Below are positions 8,161 to 16,055 of a stretch of DNA of 41,788 nt, one piece after another; position 1 is the stretch's first letter, and each line of letters opens with the position of its first letter. The position numbers were made by a program, and so were the translations under genes. Below the pieces are notes generated by a model. The model saw only the letters and a program-made list of their open reading frames with translations, did not search any database and was not told where the DNA came from. Source of the stretch: a virus; IMG/VR virus record IMGVR_UViG_3300028914_000022, positions 1 to 41,788 of that record. One strand, written 5' to 3'.

Positions 8161-8721
8161 TCAAAACAATTTATCATATTCACGTTTCGGCAACTGTTCT
8201 TTGACCCATTGCCGTCTGTTCATTAACGCCCAGCGGCCAAAGTGCATGATCAACAGCGCGTCTGCATTCCACAACGTCACTTTTACGCCCGGGTACAATT
8301 TGCCGGCATGATCTTGATAACGGCGTTTTCGATCGGCCTTTTCCTCGCGTTGGCCGTGAATCCGCAATTTCAACGACGTTTGCCAAGTCATAGGATGCAC
8401 CATTACATACGGAATGCCAGACGTTTCGGCCAATGCTTTTAAATGTTCAAAATTGGCCATCAACTTTTGTATCCGGTACATTTTACCCATCGCGGCCCGG
8501 TCACCCTGTACCATGACATCATCGGGGCGAACCGACAATTTTTCCAGAAAAACAATCGGTTTGAAGTTTTCGCAATAGTACGCAAAAAAATCTCGCAAAT
8601 CCGAAACATCCTTCGGCATTTTCGCAACCTTGGTATTTTGTCCCGGTATGTAAATGGCAATGCCACCGTTGGCACCCGGATCAATGCCAATAACACAATT
8701 TATTCTGATCTTGTCTTCCAT
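8161..8721 (-). CDS. RuvC-like Holliday junction resolvase
   Basis: VIGIDPGANGGIAI carries the first catalytic Asp, and the C-terminal NADALLI carries a later Asp. The size and layout are typical of phage RuvC-fold resolvases. Confidence 0.7.
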   Translation of the reverse strand: MEDKIRINCVIGIDPGANGGIAIYIPGQNTKVAKMPKDVSDLRDFFAYYCENFKPIVFLEKLSVRPDDVMVQGDRAAMGKMYRIQKLMANFEHLKALAETSGIPYVMVHPMTWQTSLKLRIHGQREEKADRKRRYQDHAGKLYPGVKVTLWNADALLIMHFGRWALMNRRQWVKEQLPKREYDKLF

Positions 8722-9663
8722 TTAACAACTTCTATTATAATTTTCAAATCTTTTACACTTACCAAAAATGATTCTGTTATTAACCCATCTTTGCATGTCC
8801 TTGTAAACTTGTTTGCAATGTGATTTGTCGTAAATCATTACATAAGGCCAAAAACCAAAATCACGCAAAATATAGATGCGTTCCAAATCTTGTTCTATTG
8901 TGGTGTCAAAATTTACGATTGTATAAACTATTGCATGGTGGCCGTTTATGTTTTGATTTGTTAACGATGCAAACAATTCAAGTTTATCCAATATCAATTC
9001 CTTGTCTTTGTACCGATCCCACGCAAAGTTAATTTCTTTTATTTTTATTTTATTCAACATTTTGGCTTTTTCTTCCGTCATTAAACGAATATCCAAACCT
9101 TGGTTGAAATCAATTTCGGAACCGGAATCAATAAGTTGTTGAAACAAATCCTGCCATTCGACGCAAGCTAAAATATTAGGATCACATAGTATGATTTTAC
9201 GTTGGCCGCACCAAAATTCACTCAAATCAGCAACTTTAAATGATCTTTGGCCCTCTTTTTTGCCAACAATGCAAAATTCGCAACAACGGGGACAACCTCT
9301 CGTTAAAAATCCAAACGCCTTGTCATTGGTCAATTTTGGATAGATTGAATAATCTGGATAAATATGCTCTACTTCATCCGGCAAATTGTTGTTTTTACAA
9401 CAATCAAATATTTCTTTTCCGTCTTTAATATTTATGCAATAACCTGTACCACCACGTATTACAACGTCTGCATTGATTGGGTATTGATAATCGTTAGTAA
9501 ACGAAAATACTTTTGACAAATAAACCCTGTCAAAATGGCCAGAAAACATCGGTTCGTACCATTCAACAAGATCGCCTTTACTTTTATGCCACGCTGATAA
9601 TTTCATCAACGGTATGTTTGGAAAGCCTTTCCCATCAACGTCTATTAAACCGATTCTTGCCAT
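8722..9663 (-). CDS. Radical SAM enzyme (CxxxCxxC) with an N-terminal Rossmann/B12-binding-like region
   Basis: GCPRCCEFC matches Cx3Cx2C. The N-terminal segment is RIGLIDVDGKGFPNIPLMKLSAWHKSKG. The ATG at 9663 overlaps the upstream TGA. Confidence 0.7.
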   Translation of the reverse strand: MARIGLIDVDGKGFPNIPLMKLSAWHKSKGDLVEWYEPMFSGHFDRVYLSKVFSFTNDYQYPINADVVIRGGTGYCINIKDGKEIFDCCKNNNLPDEVEHIYPDYSIYPKLTNDKAFGFLTRGCPRCCEFCIVGKKEGQRSFKVADLSEFWCGQRKIILCDPNILACVEWQDLFQQLIDSGSEIDFNQGLDIRLMTEEKAKMLNKIKIKEINFAWDRYKDKELILDKLELFASLTNQNINGHHAIVYTIVNFDTTIEQDLERIYILRDFGFWPYVMIYDKSHCKQVYKDMQRWVNNRIIFGKCKRFENYNRSC

Positions 9664-10550
9664 CACTCAAACTTTATGTAGTCAGTTATAACGATTCCAT
9701 TAGAAACCATTTTTTCAAAAGCATCTTCCAACGCCTTGCGACGTGCCATCATAAACGCGCCACCTTGTAATTCCGGCGATTCTGGTCCGTCGTTTTTCAG
9801 CCTCTTGACATCCCAGAACTTTCCGAGTTCGGCAAAATCTTTAATGGTCTTGTCAAAAGCCGCCTTCTGCTCAACCATCGTAACAACGATTTCCGGTGCC
9901 AATCCAACGGATGCCAATAGGTTGTAAAACAACATTTCAGAAATCGTGTTTATTTCGGGCATCTTTTTGTTTTCCTTGAAAAATTCGAAGGCATCAATAC
10001 ATTCGCGCTTGGTAATGTTACGCCATTTGATTTCCTCGTTCTTATCGACTTTCTGTTCCTGTTCCGGCATCGCGTTGTATGCCTTTTTTAACACCTCGTC
10101 ACGGCGCAACCTGTATGCGTTCAAGATCTTGCAAACATATTCAGCATTGAATTGTTGGTAATGGCCCCGGTCTGGTTGACCGTCGCGCCCTTTTGGCAAG
10201 TAATCATCCAATTCTCCGGTAATCGACATTTCAAACGCCATTCGGAAATCACGCAACGTCAGCCAATAGTAATAACGTTTGAGGATCTCGCACAACCTTA
10301 CAACCATGTAGCCTTGATCGGATTCGTCAGTTGATCTGACACCAACATCCCTTGCAATAAACTTTAACGCCTTCGCAAGATCCTTGGCCAGTTCAACGTT
10401 GTCATATTCCGAAATGGTTTTGGCTGTGGACGCAAGGAAAACGGAACGGTCAACGGGTCCCAAGGCGTTCATCACTGCTGGAACGTTAGCCATTTCCCGG
10501 CGGACAACAACCGCCGATTTTGGTTTGTAAATTGATACACCTGTTTCCAT
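9663..10550 (-). CDS. Hypothetical protein (replication-module position)
   Basis: 295 aa from the ATG at 10550, 2 nt after the stop of the replication initiator. I saw no NTPase motif. Confidence 0.55.
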   Translation of the reverse strand: METGVSIYKPKSAVVVRREMANVPAVMNALGPVDRSVFLASTAKTISEYDNVELAKDLAKALKFIARDVGVRSTDESDQGYMVVRLCEILKRYYYWLTLRDFRMAFEMSITGELDDYLPKGRDGQPDRGHYQQFNAEYVCKILNAYRLRRDEVLKKAYNAMPEQEQKVDKNEEIKWRNITKRECIDAFEFFKENKKMPEINTISEMLFYNLLASVGLAPEIVVTMVEQKAAFDKTIKDFAELGKFWDVKRLKNDGPESPELQGGAFMMARRKALEDAFEKMVSNGIVITDYIKFE

Positions 10551-10552
10551 AA

Positions 10553-11335
10553 TCAATCAGCCATTGAACGTAAATATTCTATCGCATCCGGGGACAATGC
10601 ACCGCCGGAATTACCGATCGTGTGAAGTTTCTTTTTTTCCATATCGCCACGGATGAAGTTTCGCGCCGTCGCAATCCAATCTTTCATTTTTTTTCCTTTT
10701 TGTGCCGACCAATCCGAAACGGCGTGATAATAATAGACAATATCAATATTTTCAAATTCCGGGCCTTTGAATTCAGCCGCGAACAAATCAAAATCGACGT
10801 ATCTTGAATTTTCAAAAAGACACGCGGCCGGTTCCGATGTACGGCGCGGCCGTGTAACGGTTAAGGTTTCAAATTCTGGTTGACCCGCAAATAAACCGCC
10901 GCTGGCGGAATTATCTTTATTAATATCAAGTATATTATCTTTATTATCAATATTGGGTGCTGTTTCAGCAATACCCCCCGTTGCTGTTTCAGCAACGCCC
11001 CCGTTATTGTTTCGGCACCGCCCCGTTGCTGTTTCAGCAACGCCGTGTCTGTTCGCAACATAGTGGCAAAACTTAACACCGGAGAAATACATTTCCCTCT
11101 TATCGACCAAGCCACGTTCGATCAATCTGTCAATGATTTTCTTGGCGTTCTGCTTCGTTACGTTCAATGCCGATGCAACGTAATTCAATGAACCTCTGAA
11201 TTCGGTTTCTTTATCCTGTGTAAATCCGTAGATTAGCGAATAACACAACAATTCATTACCTGACAATCCCAATTCAACAATCGCGAAGCCGGGTACCGTG
11301 ATATAATTATCTATTTTAAACGTTCGTGTTTCCAT
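10553..11335 (-). CDS. Replication initiator/organizer-like protein with an N-terminal winged helix
   Basis: The wHTH-like part is ELLCYSLIYGF...GSLNYVASALNVTKQNAKKIIDRLIERGLVDK. The middle linker carries GVAETATG repeats encoded by the iterons. The start could be the ATG at 11335 or the in-frame ATG at 11410. Confidence 0.6.
   Translation of the reverse strand: METRTFKIDNYITVPGFAIVELGLSGNELLCYSLIYGFTQDKETEFRGSLNYVASALNVTKQNAKKIIDRLIERGLVDKREMYFSGVKFCHYVANRHGVAETATGRCRNNNGGVAETATGGIAETAPNIDNKDNILDINKDNSASGGLFAGQPEFETLTVTRPRRTSEPAACLFENSRYVDFDLFAAEFKGPEFENIDIVYYYHAVSDWSAQKGKKMKDWIATARNFIRGDMEKKKLHTIGNSGGALSPDAIEYLRSMAD
10909..10954. other. AT-rich tract next to the iterons (candidate DNA-unwinding element)
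   Basis: aattatctttattaatatcaagtatattatctttattatcaatatt is almost entirely A/T. Confidence 0.4.
10957..11040. repeat. Four iteron-like repeats with a period of 22-23 bp (candidate origin)
   Basis: TTGCTGTTTCAGCAA occurs at 10981-10995 and 11026-11040. Near copies are gTGCTGTTTCAGCAA at 10957-10971 and TTATTGTTTCGGCAC at 11004-11018. Each unit has 6-bp inverted arms, TTGCTG and CAGCAA. Confidence 0.6.
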
Positions 11336-11339
11336 CTTT

Positions 11340-11424
11340 AAAAAAAGGCCCCGCATTTCCATCAATCGCTGCCACGATTGATGTACTTTGCAGGGCTTTT
11401 GTTTTTTCATTCGGTCGTGGCAGC
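11340..11424 (-). promoter_or_regulatory. Leader with mutually exclusive terminator and antiterminator helices
   Basis: The mRNA reads GCUGCCACGA...GCCCUGC-aaaguac-AUCAAUCG-uggcag-CGAUUGAU-ggaaau-GCGGGGC-C-U7-aaag-AUG. The upstream 10-mer is the exact complement of UCGUGGCAGC inside the terminator stem-loop. Confidence 0.5.
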
Positions 11425-11440
11425 AACCTTTATTTGTTTG

Positions 11441-11470
11441 CAAAGATAATATTTAAAGTTCAATTCCAAA
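11441..11470 (-). promoter_or_regulatory. Candidate Bacteroidota-type promoter (TTTG-N18-TAtcTTTG)
   Basis: Minus strand reads atatTTTGgaattgaactttaaatatTAtcTTTGcaaac. The spacer is 18 nt, one short of the others. Confidence 0.45.
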
Positions 11471-11815
11471 ATATTCTTCCATAAATTTTTTCGTGTCTAT
11501 TGCTTGATCCGGAAACAAACCGCCGCCAGTATACATTAAATATTGTTCAGTTGAGCGACAAAATAAACGATAAAAAAAACCATTGTAAGCGGAACCGTTT
11601 AAAAATGAAGCGAATTTTTTACCTCTATTGTTATCTAAAAATTTTTGATATGCTTTTATATGTGCTTTCAACAACTTCGGATATTGTGTATAATCCGCCA
11701 AACCAATATCGTATTTTAAAGGACACGCCAAACAACCCAAACGGCGTTCAACGTGGAATTGTCCTTTTTCGTCATAATAGACCGGCGCACACTTGATTTT
11801 ACGATCATTAATAAA
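11453..11815 (-). pseudogene. PAPS-reductase/PP-loop family gene, C-terminal fragment (downstream of the in-frame TAA)
   Basis: It reads FINDRKIKCAPVYYDEKGQFHVERRLGCLACPL, in the same frame as 11816..12283. RLGCxxCP is the C-terminal cysteine box of this family. Confidence 0.7.
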
Positions 11816-12283
11816 TTACGCAATATCCCTATCAGTCCATTCTAAAATAGGAAAATAAATACGCACTTTATCTTTGTTTTTATAAACTCGGCATTCTTCT
11901 GGCTCTTTGTAACGTTTTGCTCTTTTAATTGATTCTGACCGCCTAATACCTTGTATTGCCCTATCATAAACTTTGTATTCTTTTAATTCGGAACAACAAA
12001 ACCGACGCCATCTTGAGGGCATTCCTTTTGTTTCCAATAACTTTTGAAATGAAATACGCGGCTTCAGGACTGTAACGCCTTTTTCTTTGCAATGCGCAAT
12101 TGTTCCCGGTGGGTCAATAGTTGTGTTCTTATATATCGGTTCAAAAGGAATCCCCGACATTTTGGCCAATTCCAAAATGACGTCGGAATCTTTGCCGCCG
12201 CTATATGACAATTCAATTGGCCCATCTTGAGGAATGGATTGCAACAATTTAATTGCAAGTTCAATTTTGTGTTTTAAATCCAT
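11816..12283 (-). pseudogene. PAPS-reductase/PP-loop family gene, N-terminal fragment (ends at the in-frame TAA 11816-11818)
   Basis: MDLKHK...ELSYSGGKDSDVILE carries the PP-loop SGGKDS, and the fragment ends ...ILEWTDRDIA*. The ATG at 12283 lies 1 nt after the upstream stop. The ORF-track start at 12571 overlaps the neighbouring gene. Confidence 0.75.
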
Positions 12284-12284
12284 A

Positions 12285-13022
12285 TCAAACCGATTTTTCT
12301 TGTGATTTTTCCGGCAACAATAAAGAAAGACTTTGTGTCGGAGCAATCGCCTTGCGGATCTCATCAATACGCGTGTCGTTCGCCACAAGTGAAACGACAG
12401 GATAACGTGAATTGACACCGGGTTTATTGCTCTTCGCAAACTGAACCGACAAATCAAACGGCGTTTGGCACACAGTGCCGCGTAAGATCTGCACGCCATC
12501 AAAAGAGTTTCGAATGTTTTTGATCGACGATGCCGCGCCCTTTGTCGAGAACTGCCACACACCAACGACACCGCGAACGGCCGGGATGATAAAACGCAAA
12601 GTCAAAGCAACATCCCAATTGTCCGCGCCCCGTTTCGTCGGATTTCTATTTGCGATTTGTTCCTTTATGTCCGGAATCTGGCTAATTGAATACAGCGCGT
12701 ATCTCTTTCCGTCCCAAACCTCAAACGTCCGGCCATCGCCCCGGGCCACCAACGCGCCCTTATCGTCGCGATATTCGTACCTTTCGTTGCATACGTTGGC
12801 TGGATCATCATCCGGGAAAATAACCGTGATCGTTTGCGGGCGCTCTCCAAACGCCTTCGTGAACAATCCGGCATATTTCCCTGTTGGAATAAAGTAGTCA
12901 ACCGATATCGGGTATTCCTTTCCATTTTGACCGGTCTGTTTTCTACCAATGTGCAAACGGCCTATTTCGGGCAATTCAAGCATCGATCCGCCTTGTTCCG
13001 GCCTGTATATTCTTCCATTCAT
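12285..13022 (-). CDS. Conserved-looking hypothetical protein in the recombination-module position
   Basis: 245-aa ORF with an ATG start, containing LPEIGRLHIGRK...YPISVDYFIP...ARGDG. I could not assign a family. Confidence 0.55.
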   Translation of the reverse strand: MNGRIYRPEQGGSMLELPEIGRLHIGRKQTGQNGKEYPISVDYFIPTGKYAGLFTKAFGERPQTITVIFPDDDPANVCNERYEYRDDKGALVARGDGRTFEVWDGKRYALYSISQIPDIKEQIANRNPTKRGADNWDVALTLRFIIPAVRGVVGVWQFSTKGAASSIKNIRNSFDGVQILRGTVCQTPFDLSVQFAKSNKPGVNSRYPVVSLVANDTRIDEIRKAIAPTQSLSLLLPEKSQEKSV

Positions 13023-13033
13023 ACTACAAAAAA

Positions 13034-13921
13034 TTACAATTCGTTATCAACATAATTCTTCATGTCTGCACGAAATATTTGACGTTCCTTTTCTTCAGTT
13101 TCCTTTAATTGATCGTACAAATATTCATCGAAAATATCTGACACAGCATTATCCAATAAAGCAATCAACATTTCTGGTCTAACGGCATCAAGTTCAACCT
13201 GTCCGATTCCATCCCAGTTGGCGGTTCTGGAATCTGTCACCTTGGCAGGCGCTGGAGGCAAATTCCATGCTAATACTTGTTCTTCAACGAGACAAATACG
13301 CCTTACTTCAATGTCTGGACAACCCAATTTGATGATGTTTTCTCGTAATGCTCTTGGTATATCTTCCCCAGACGGGTCGTAGTCTCCAAAATATAAGATG
13401 ATAGGCATTTTACCATTATCAACTGCATTTTGAAAACGTAAGTACGCATCATGCAAAAATGTTAATGATGGATAACCCTTGCAAGCACCAAGTGCAATTC
13501 CATGACGTTGGCAAGGTTTATAAAAAACGCCTTCCAATGCTTTTTTCTCGATAAAAACTTCCGGGTAATACGGTTGGTTTTCCCAACGATTACGCGAATA
13601 AGAAGTCAACCATAGTCTTACTTGTTCCTTCGCAACTACTTCTGCTTCTTTCAAACCAATGATTTCCGCTTGTGTAGAACACGCCAACGCTCTATCTCGG
13701 TCACTGAATGCGTAAAAATCAATCAATCCATCCCATCGGGCTTGACCCGTCGCAGCAACAACACGTTTATAGTGCTGGATGTCATTAGTCATGCCACGAC
13801 TGACCAACTGATAGTGTAATCCACGAATTGTCAAAACACCCGGTTCATAGTTGCTTAATATATCAACGGAATTTTCAATAATCCATTCCCGGTTAAACAT
13901 GTCTTTTGTTCGCGCTGCCAT
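13034..13921 (-). CDS. Topo VI-A/Spo11-like protein (putative 5Y-CAP plus Toprim; Mini-A-like)
   Basis: The Toprim acidic residues are VFIEKKALEG and PIILYFGDYDPSGEDI (the DxDPxG box). Upstream, LTIRGLHYQLVS is a candidate R/Y winged-helix motif. The ATG at 13921 lies 1 nt after the upstream stop. Confidence 0.55.
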   Translation of the reverse strand: MAARTKDMFNREWIIENSVDILSNYEPGVLTIRGLHYQLVSRGMTNDIQHYKRVVAATGQARWDGLIDFYAFSDRDRALACSTQAEIIGLKEAEVVAKEQVRLWLTSYSRNRWENQPYYPEVFIEKKALEGVFYKPCQRHGIALGACKGYPSLTFLHDAYLRFQNAVDNGKMPIILYFGDYDPSGEDIPRALRENIIKLGCPDIEVRRICLVEEQVLAWNLPPAPAKVTDSRTANWDGIGQVELDAVRPEMLIALLDNAVSDIFDEYLYDQLKETEEKERQIFRADMKNYVDNEL

Positions 13922-13922
13922 T

Positions 13923-15176
13923 TTACAATTCAATTTCAGAATTCAACAAATTTTCCTTCTCTGCCTGTTTCGTTACTTCGGCCAACTGTTCCGGCGTGGG
14001 CTCATTCTCGGTTGGTAATTTTTCCGAAATTTCGGTTTTTAGAGCGTTTTGCGTTTCGGATGATGTATTTATCATTTCCGATTCTTTCGTGCGTTTTCCG
14101 CGCGATTTTGCGGCCTTTATGGGCGTTTCCGGATCTTTTGATGGTTCCGGTGCGTTGGCCGGACGTTCCGGGGTGCCTTTTGCATCCTTTTTTGAACGGA
14201 TAAGTTCCGCGAGCGACAGCGTTAACACGTTGTCTGCAATCTTACCACGGTCGAGTTCCAAAACGCCATGAACGATTGTCAATGTATTGTCGCGTTTTTC
14301 GTCTTCAATTGTGGCCAGTGCCAACAGATATGGCAACTTCCTTGCATTGACAGAATCCGTCTGGTCTTTAAGGTTGTAGGTCGGTTTCGAACCACGCCAA
14401 TCCTTTGGCGAAAAGTTGAACACACGTTCAATCGGGACGCTTTCAAAATTGACATTCCACATTTCCCGGTACAAATGCAACTGCAATTCGTGTTCCTCGT
14501 AGAAACCTTTGCGGCCGCTCTTGAAATCCACTATTGCAGTAAACGTCTTCCCCGTCTTCGGATCAGTCATTACACATGGCAAATCCAGACACCCGGCGTA
14601 ATGGAATTGAGGGTGTACCAAGCCGATTTCGACGGCCAACGGTTTAATGTTGTAATCCTTGACAAATTGTGCAAACGCCAAGACATCTTTTCGAATCTTG
14701 ACAACCCATTGTGAAAACAGGGATTCCGGGACGTGTTCGCGCTCCATGTACGGGATAAGTACGGCGGGAACATTGTCGAAGTCGTAACGGCGATTGATAA
14801 GCAGCGTTTCGAATTGTGCGTGCATGAACGTACCGTATGCGGCCGCAATGTCGCGTTTTTCTGTCCCTCCATCCTTGCCGTTGGCAATCATCCAATCCAA
14901 CAAGGCCGGCGGCGTCGGCATGACTTGTTTTAACAATGTCGTTACGGACGGGTAAAATTCCGGTTCTCCAAACTCATTGTAACGGTAATAATAACGGTAA
15001 CCATCGGAATTGAGTTGGAACACCCGGTACGGCGGTTCTTTCAATGCGTCGGCATTGAAGAACACGGCTCGGATTTCCTCAACTGTCATTCCCGGGAACA
15101 CTTCTTGGACGTGTTCCGTTTCGGGTTCCACCAAATCTGCAAACCCAGATTCATTTTGTTTGATTTCTTTTTCCAT
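13923..15176 (-). CDS. PD-(D/E)XK (RecB/Cas4/YqaJ-type) exonuclease with a disordered C-terminal tail
   Basis: Motifs present: GTFMHAQFE, AGCLDL, IVDFKSGRK and HELQLHLY. Confidence 0.7.
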   Translation of the reverse strand: MEKEIKQNESGFADLVEPETEHVQEVFPGMTVEEIRAVFFNADALKEPPYRVFQLNSDGYRYYYRYNEFGEPEFYPSVTTLLKQVMPTPPALLDWMIANGKDGGTEKRDIAAAYGTFMHAQFETLLINRRYDFDNVPAVLIPYMEREHVPESLFSQWVVKIRKDVLAFAQFVKDYNIKPLAVEIGLVHPQFHYAGCLDLPCVMTDPKTGKTFTAIVDFKSGRKGFYEEHELQLHLYREMWNVNFESVPIERVFNFSPKDWRGSKPTYNLKDQTDSVNARKLPYLLALATIEDEKRDNTLTIVHGVLELDRGKIADNVLTLSLAELIRSKKDAKGTPERPANAPEPSKDPETPIKAAKSRGKRTKESEMINTSSETQNALKTEISEKLPTENEPTPEQLAEVTKQAEKENLLNSEIEL

Positions 15177-15190
15177 CGTATCGCAATTTT

Positions 15191-15364
15191 TTATTTAAGC
15201 CGTCTAAAACGGAAGTATTCTACCAAAAAAACGAGCGTCATGCCAAATGAAAGTATGGCAACAATGATTTGCGCCGGGTTCCAGAATATCCCGACAATGC
15301 AAAGCGCGGTAACAAGGCCCCAAACAATGGCCCAAAATAGATTCAGAAAGTTAGCGTTTTTCAT
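15191..15364 (-). CDS. 57-aa two-TM membrane protein (below the ORF-track size cut-off)
   Basis: ATG at 15364 and TAA at 15191-15193. The product is MKNANFLNLFWAIVWGLVTALCIVGIFWNPAQIIVAILSFGMTLVFLVEYFRFRRLK. It fills an otherwise empty 200-nt gap. Confidence 0.5.
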   Translation of the reverse strand: MKNANFLNLFWAIVWGLVTALCIVGIFWNPAQIIVAILSFGMTLVFLVEYFRFRRLK

Positions 15365-15379
15365 TTTGTTTATTCGTTT

Positions 15380-15610
15380 TTATTCGTTAGTAATTCCAAA
15401 TAAGAAATCGGCCGTGCAACCGGTCATTTCACAGATAATTTTAACCCATTCTTGGTTGATCTTGGTTGTCTTGCCGGAACACAACGCCGTCATGTTGACT
15501 TGTTGCGCACCCGCCGAGGAATCCGGCCACAACTTGGCGGCCAATTCCTTTTTAAGAACCTTTTTGCCCTGTTCCTTGGCGCGGGCCAACGCCTGTTCAA
15601 TTCTAATCAT
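15380..15610 (-). CDS. XRE/Cro-type helix-turn-helix regulator
   Basis: 76 aa, containing KELAAKLW...QVNMTALCSGKT...VKIICEMTGCTADFLFGI. It is ATGA-coupled to the upstream gene. Confidence 0.7.
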   Translation of the reverse strand: MIRIEQALARAKEQGKKVLKKELAAKLWPDSSAGAQQVNMTALCSGKTTKINQEWVKIICEMTGCTADFLFGITNE

Positions 15611-16047
15611 AACTCATTTTCAGTTTTAATTTTTTCGCCACAATCGGCACATTTATAAACGTAAAAGTCAACAACCCAAGAATTGGGTGTCAAATAGTCG
15701 CCATCATTCAATTCGTGTCCCTCTGTTTCCCAAAACTCCAATTTTCCGCCACATTCCGGGCAACCCTCGGACACGATTTCCAATTTGCAGAACGTATCGA
15801 ACAATCCGGATGGGATCGGTATTCCATATATTGAGCAAAGGAAATTACAAACATCTTTGACGTGTTGGTTTCCGAGTGCCTTTTTGATTGTAAGACCAAC
15901 GTTGTCCATCGTATCTTCCATCAATCCGGCATCCACCAGACCGTCGTACAGTTCGCGGCCGTGTTTTTCCGCGTCCGTTTCCTTGCCGTTCACCGCAATT
16001 GCGGCCATCGTCAAGAATTGTAAATTTTCATCGTTTTTGAATGTCAT
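15607..16047 (-). CDS. Hypothetical protein with a C-terminal zinc ribbon
   Basis: Contains CPECGG...CADCGE. The ATG at 16047 was chosen because the ORF-track start at 16128 lies inside the promoter and leader hairpin. Confidence 0.55.
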   Translation of the reverse strand: MTFKNDENLQFLTMAAIAVNGKETDAEKHGRELYDGLVDAGLMEDTMDNVGLTIKKALGNQHVKDVCNFLCSIYGIPIPSGLFDTFCKLEIVSEGCPECGGKLEFWETEGHELNDGDYLTPNSWVVDFYVYKCADCGEKIKTENEL

Positions 16048-16055
16048 AACTTGTT

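Noticed and set aside
10957-11040. Regularly spaced repeats that could be mistaken for a mini CRISPR array.
   Set aside because: The period is only 22-23 bp, with about 7-8 bp between units. The repeats lie inside an intact coding frame and are palindromic binding-site-like units. They fit iterons, not CRISPR repeats and spacers.
11816-11818. Stop-codon reassignment (an alternative genetic code) as the explanation for the in-frame TAA.
   Set aside because: This is the only in-frame stop seen in an otherwise contiguous domain. TAA, TAG and TGA all terminate other well-defined genes at sensible positions, and no suppressor tRNA gene is visible.
11816-12571. N-terminal extensions in the ORF track, e.g. 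11816..12571, 10553..11443, 16483..17184, 17027..17467, 15607..16128, 37671..38396, 7685..8041 and 3243..3911.
   Set aside because: The extensions overlap the preceding gene in another frame or run through promoter and leader elements. Many begin with TTG, GTG or ATT. Internal ATGs placed 1-20 nt after the upstream stop give tightly packed genes and were used instead.
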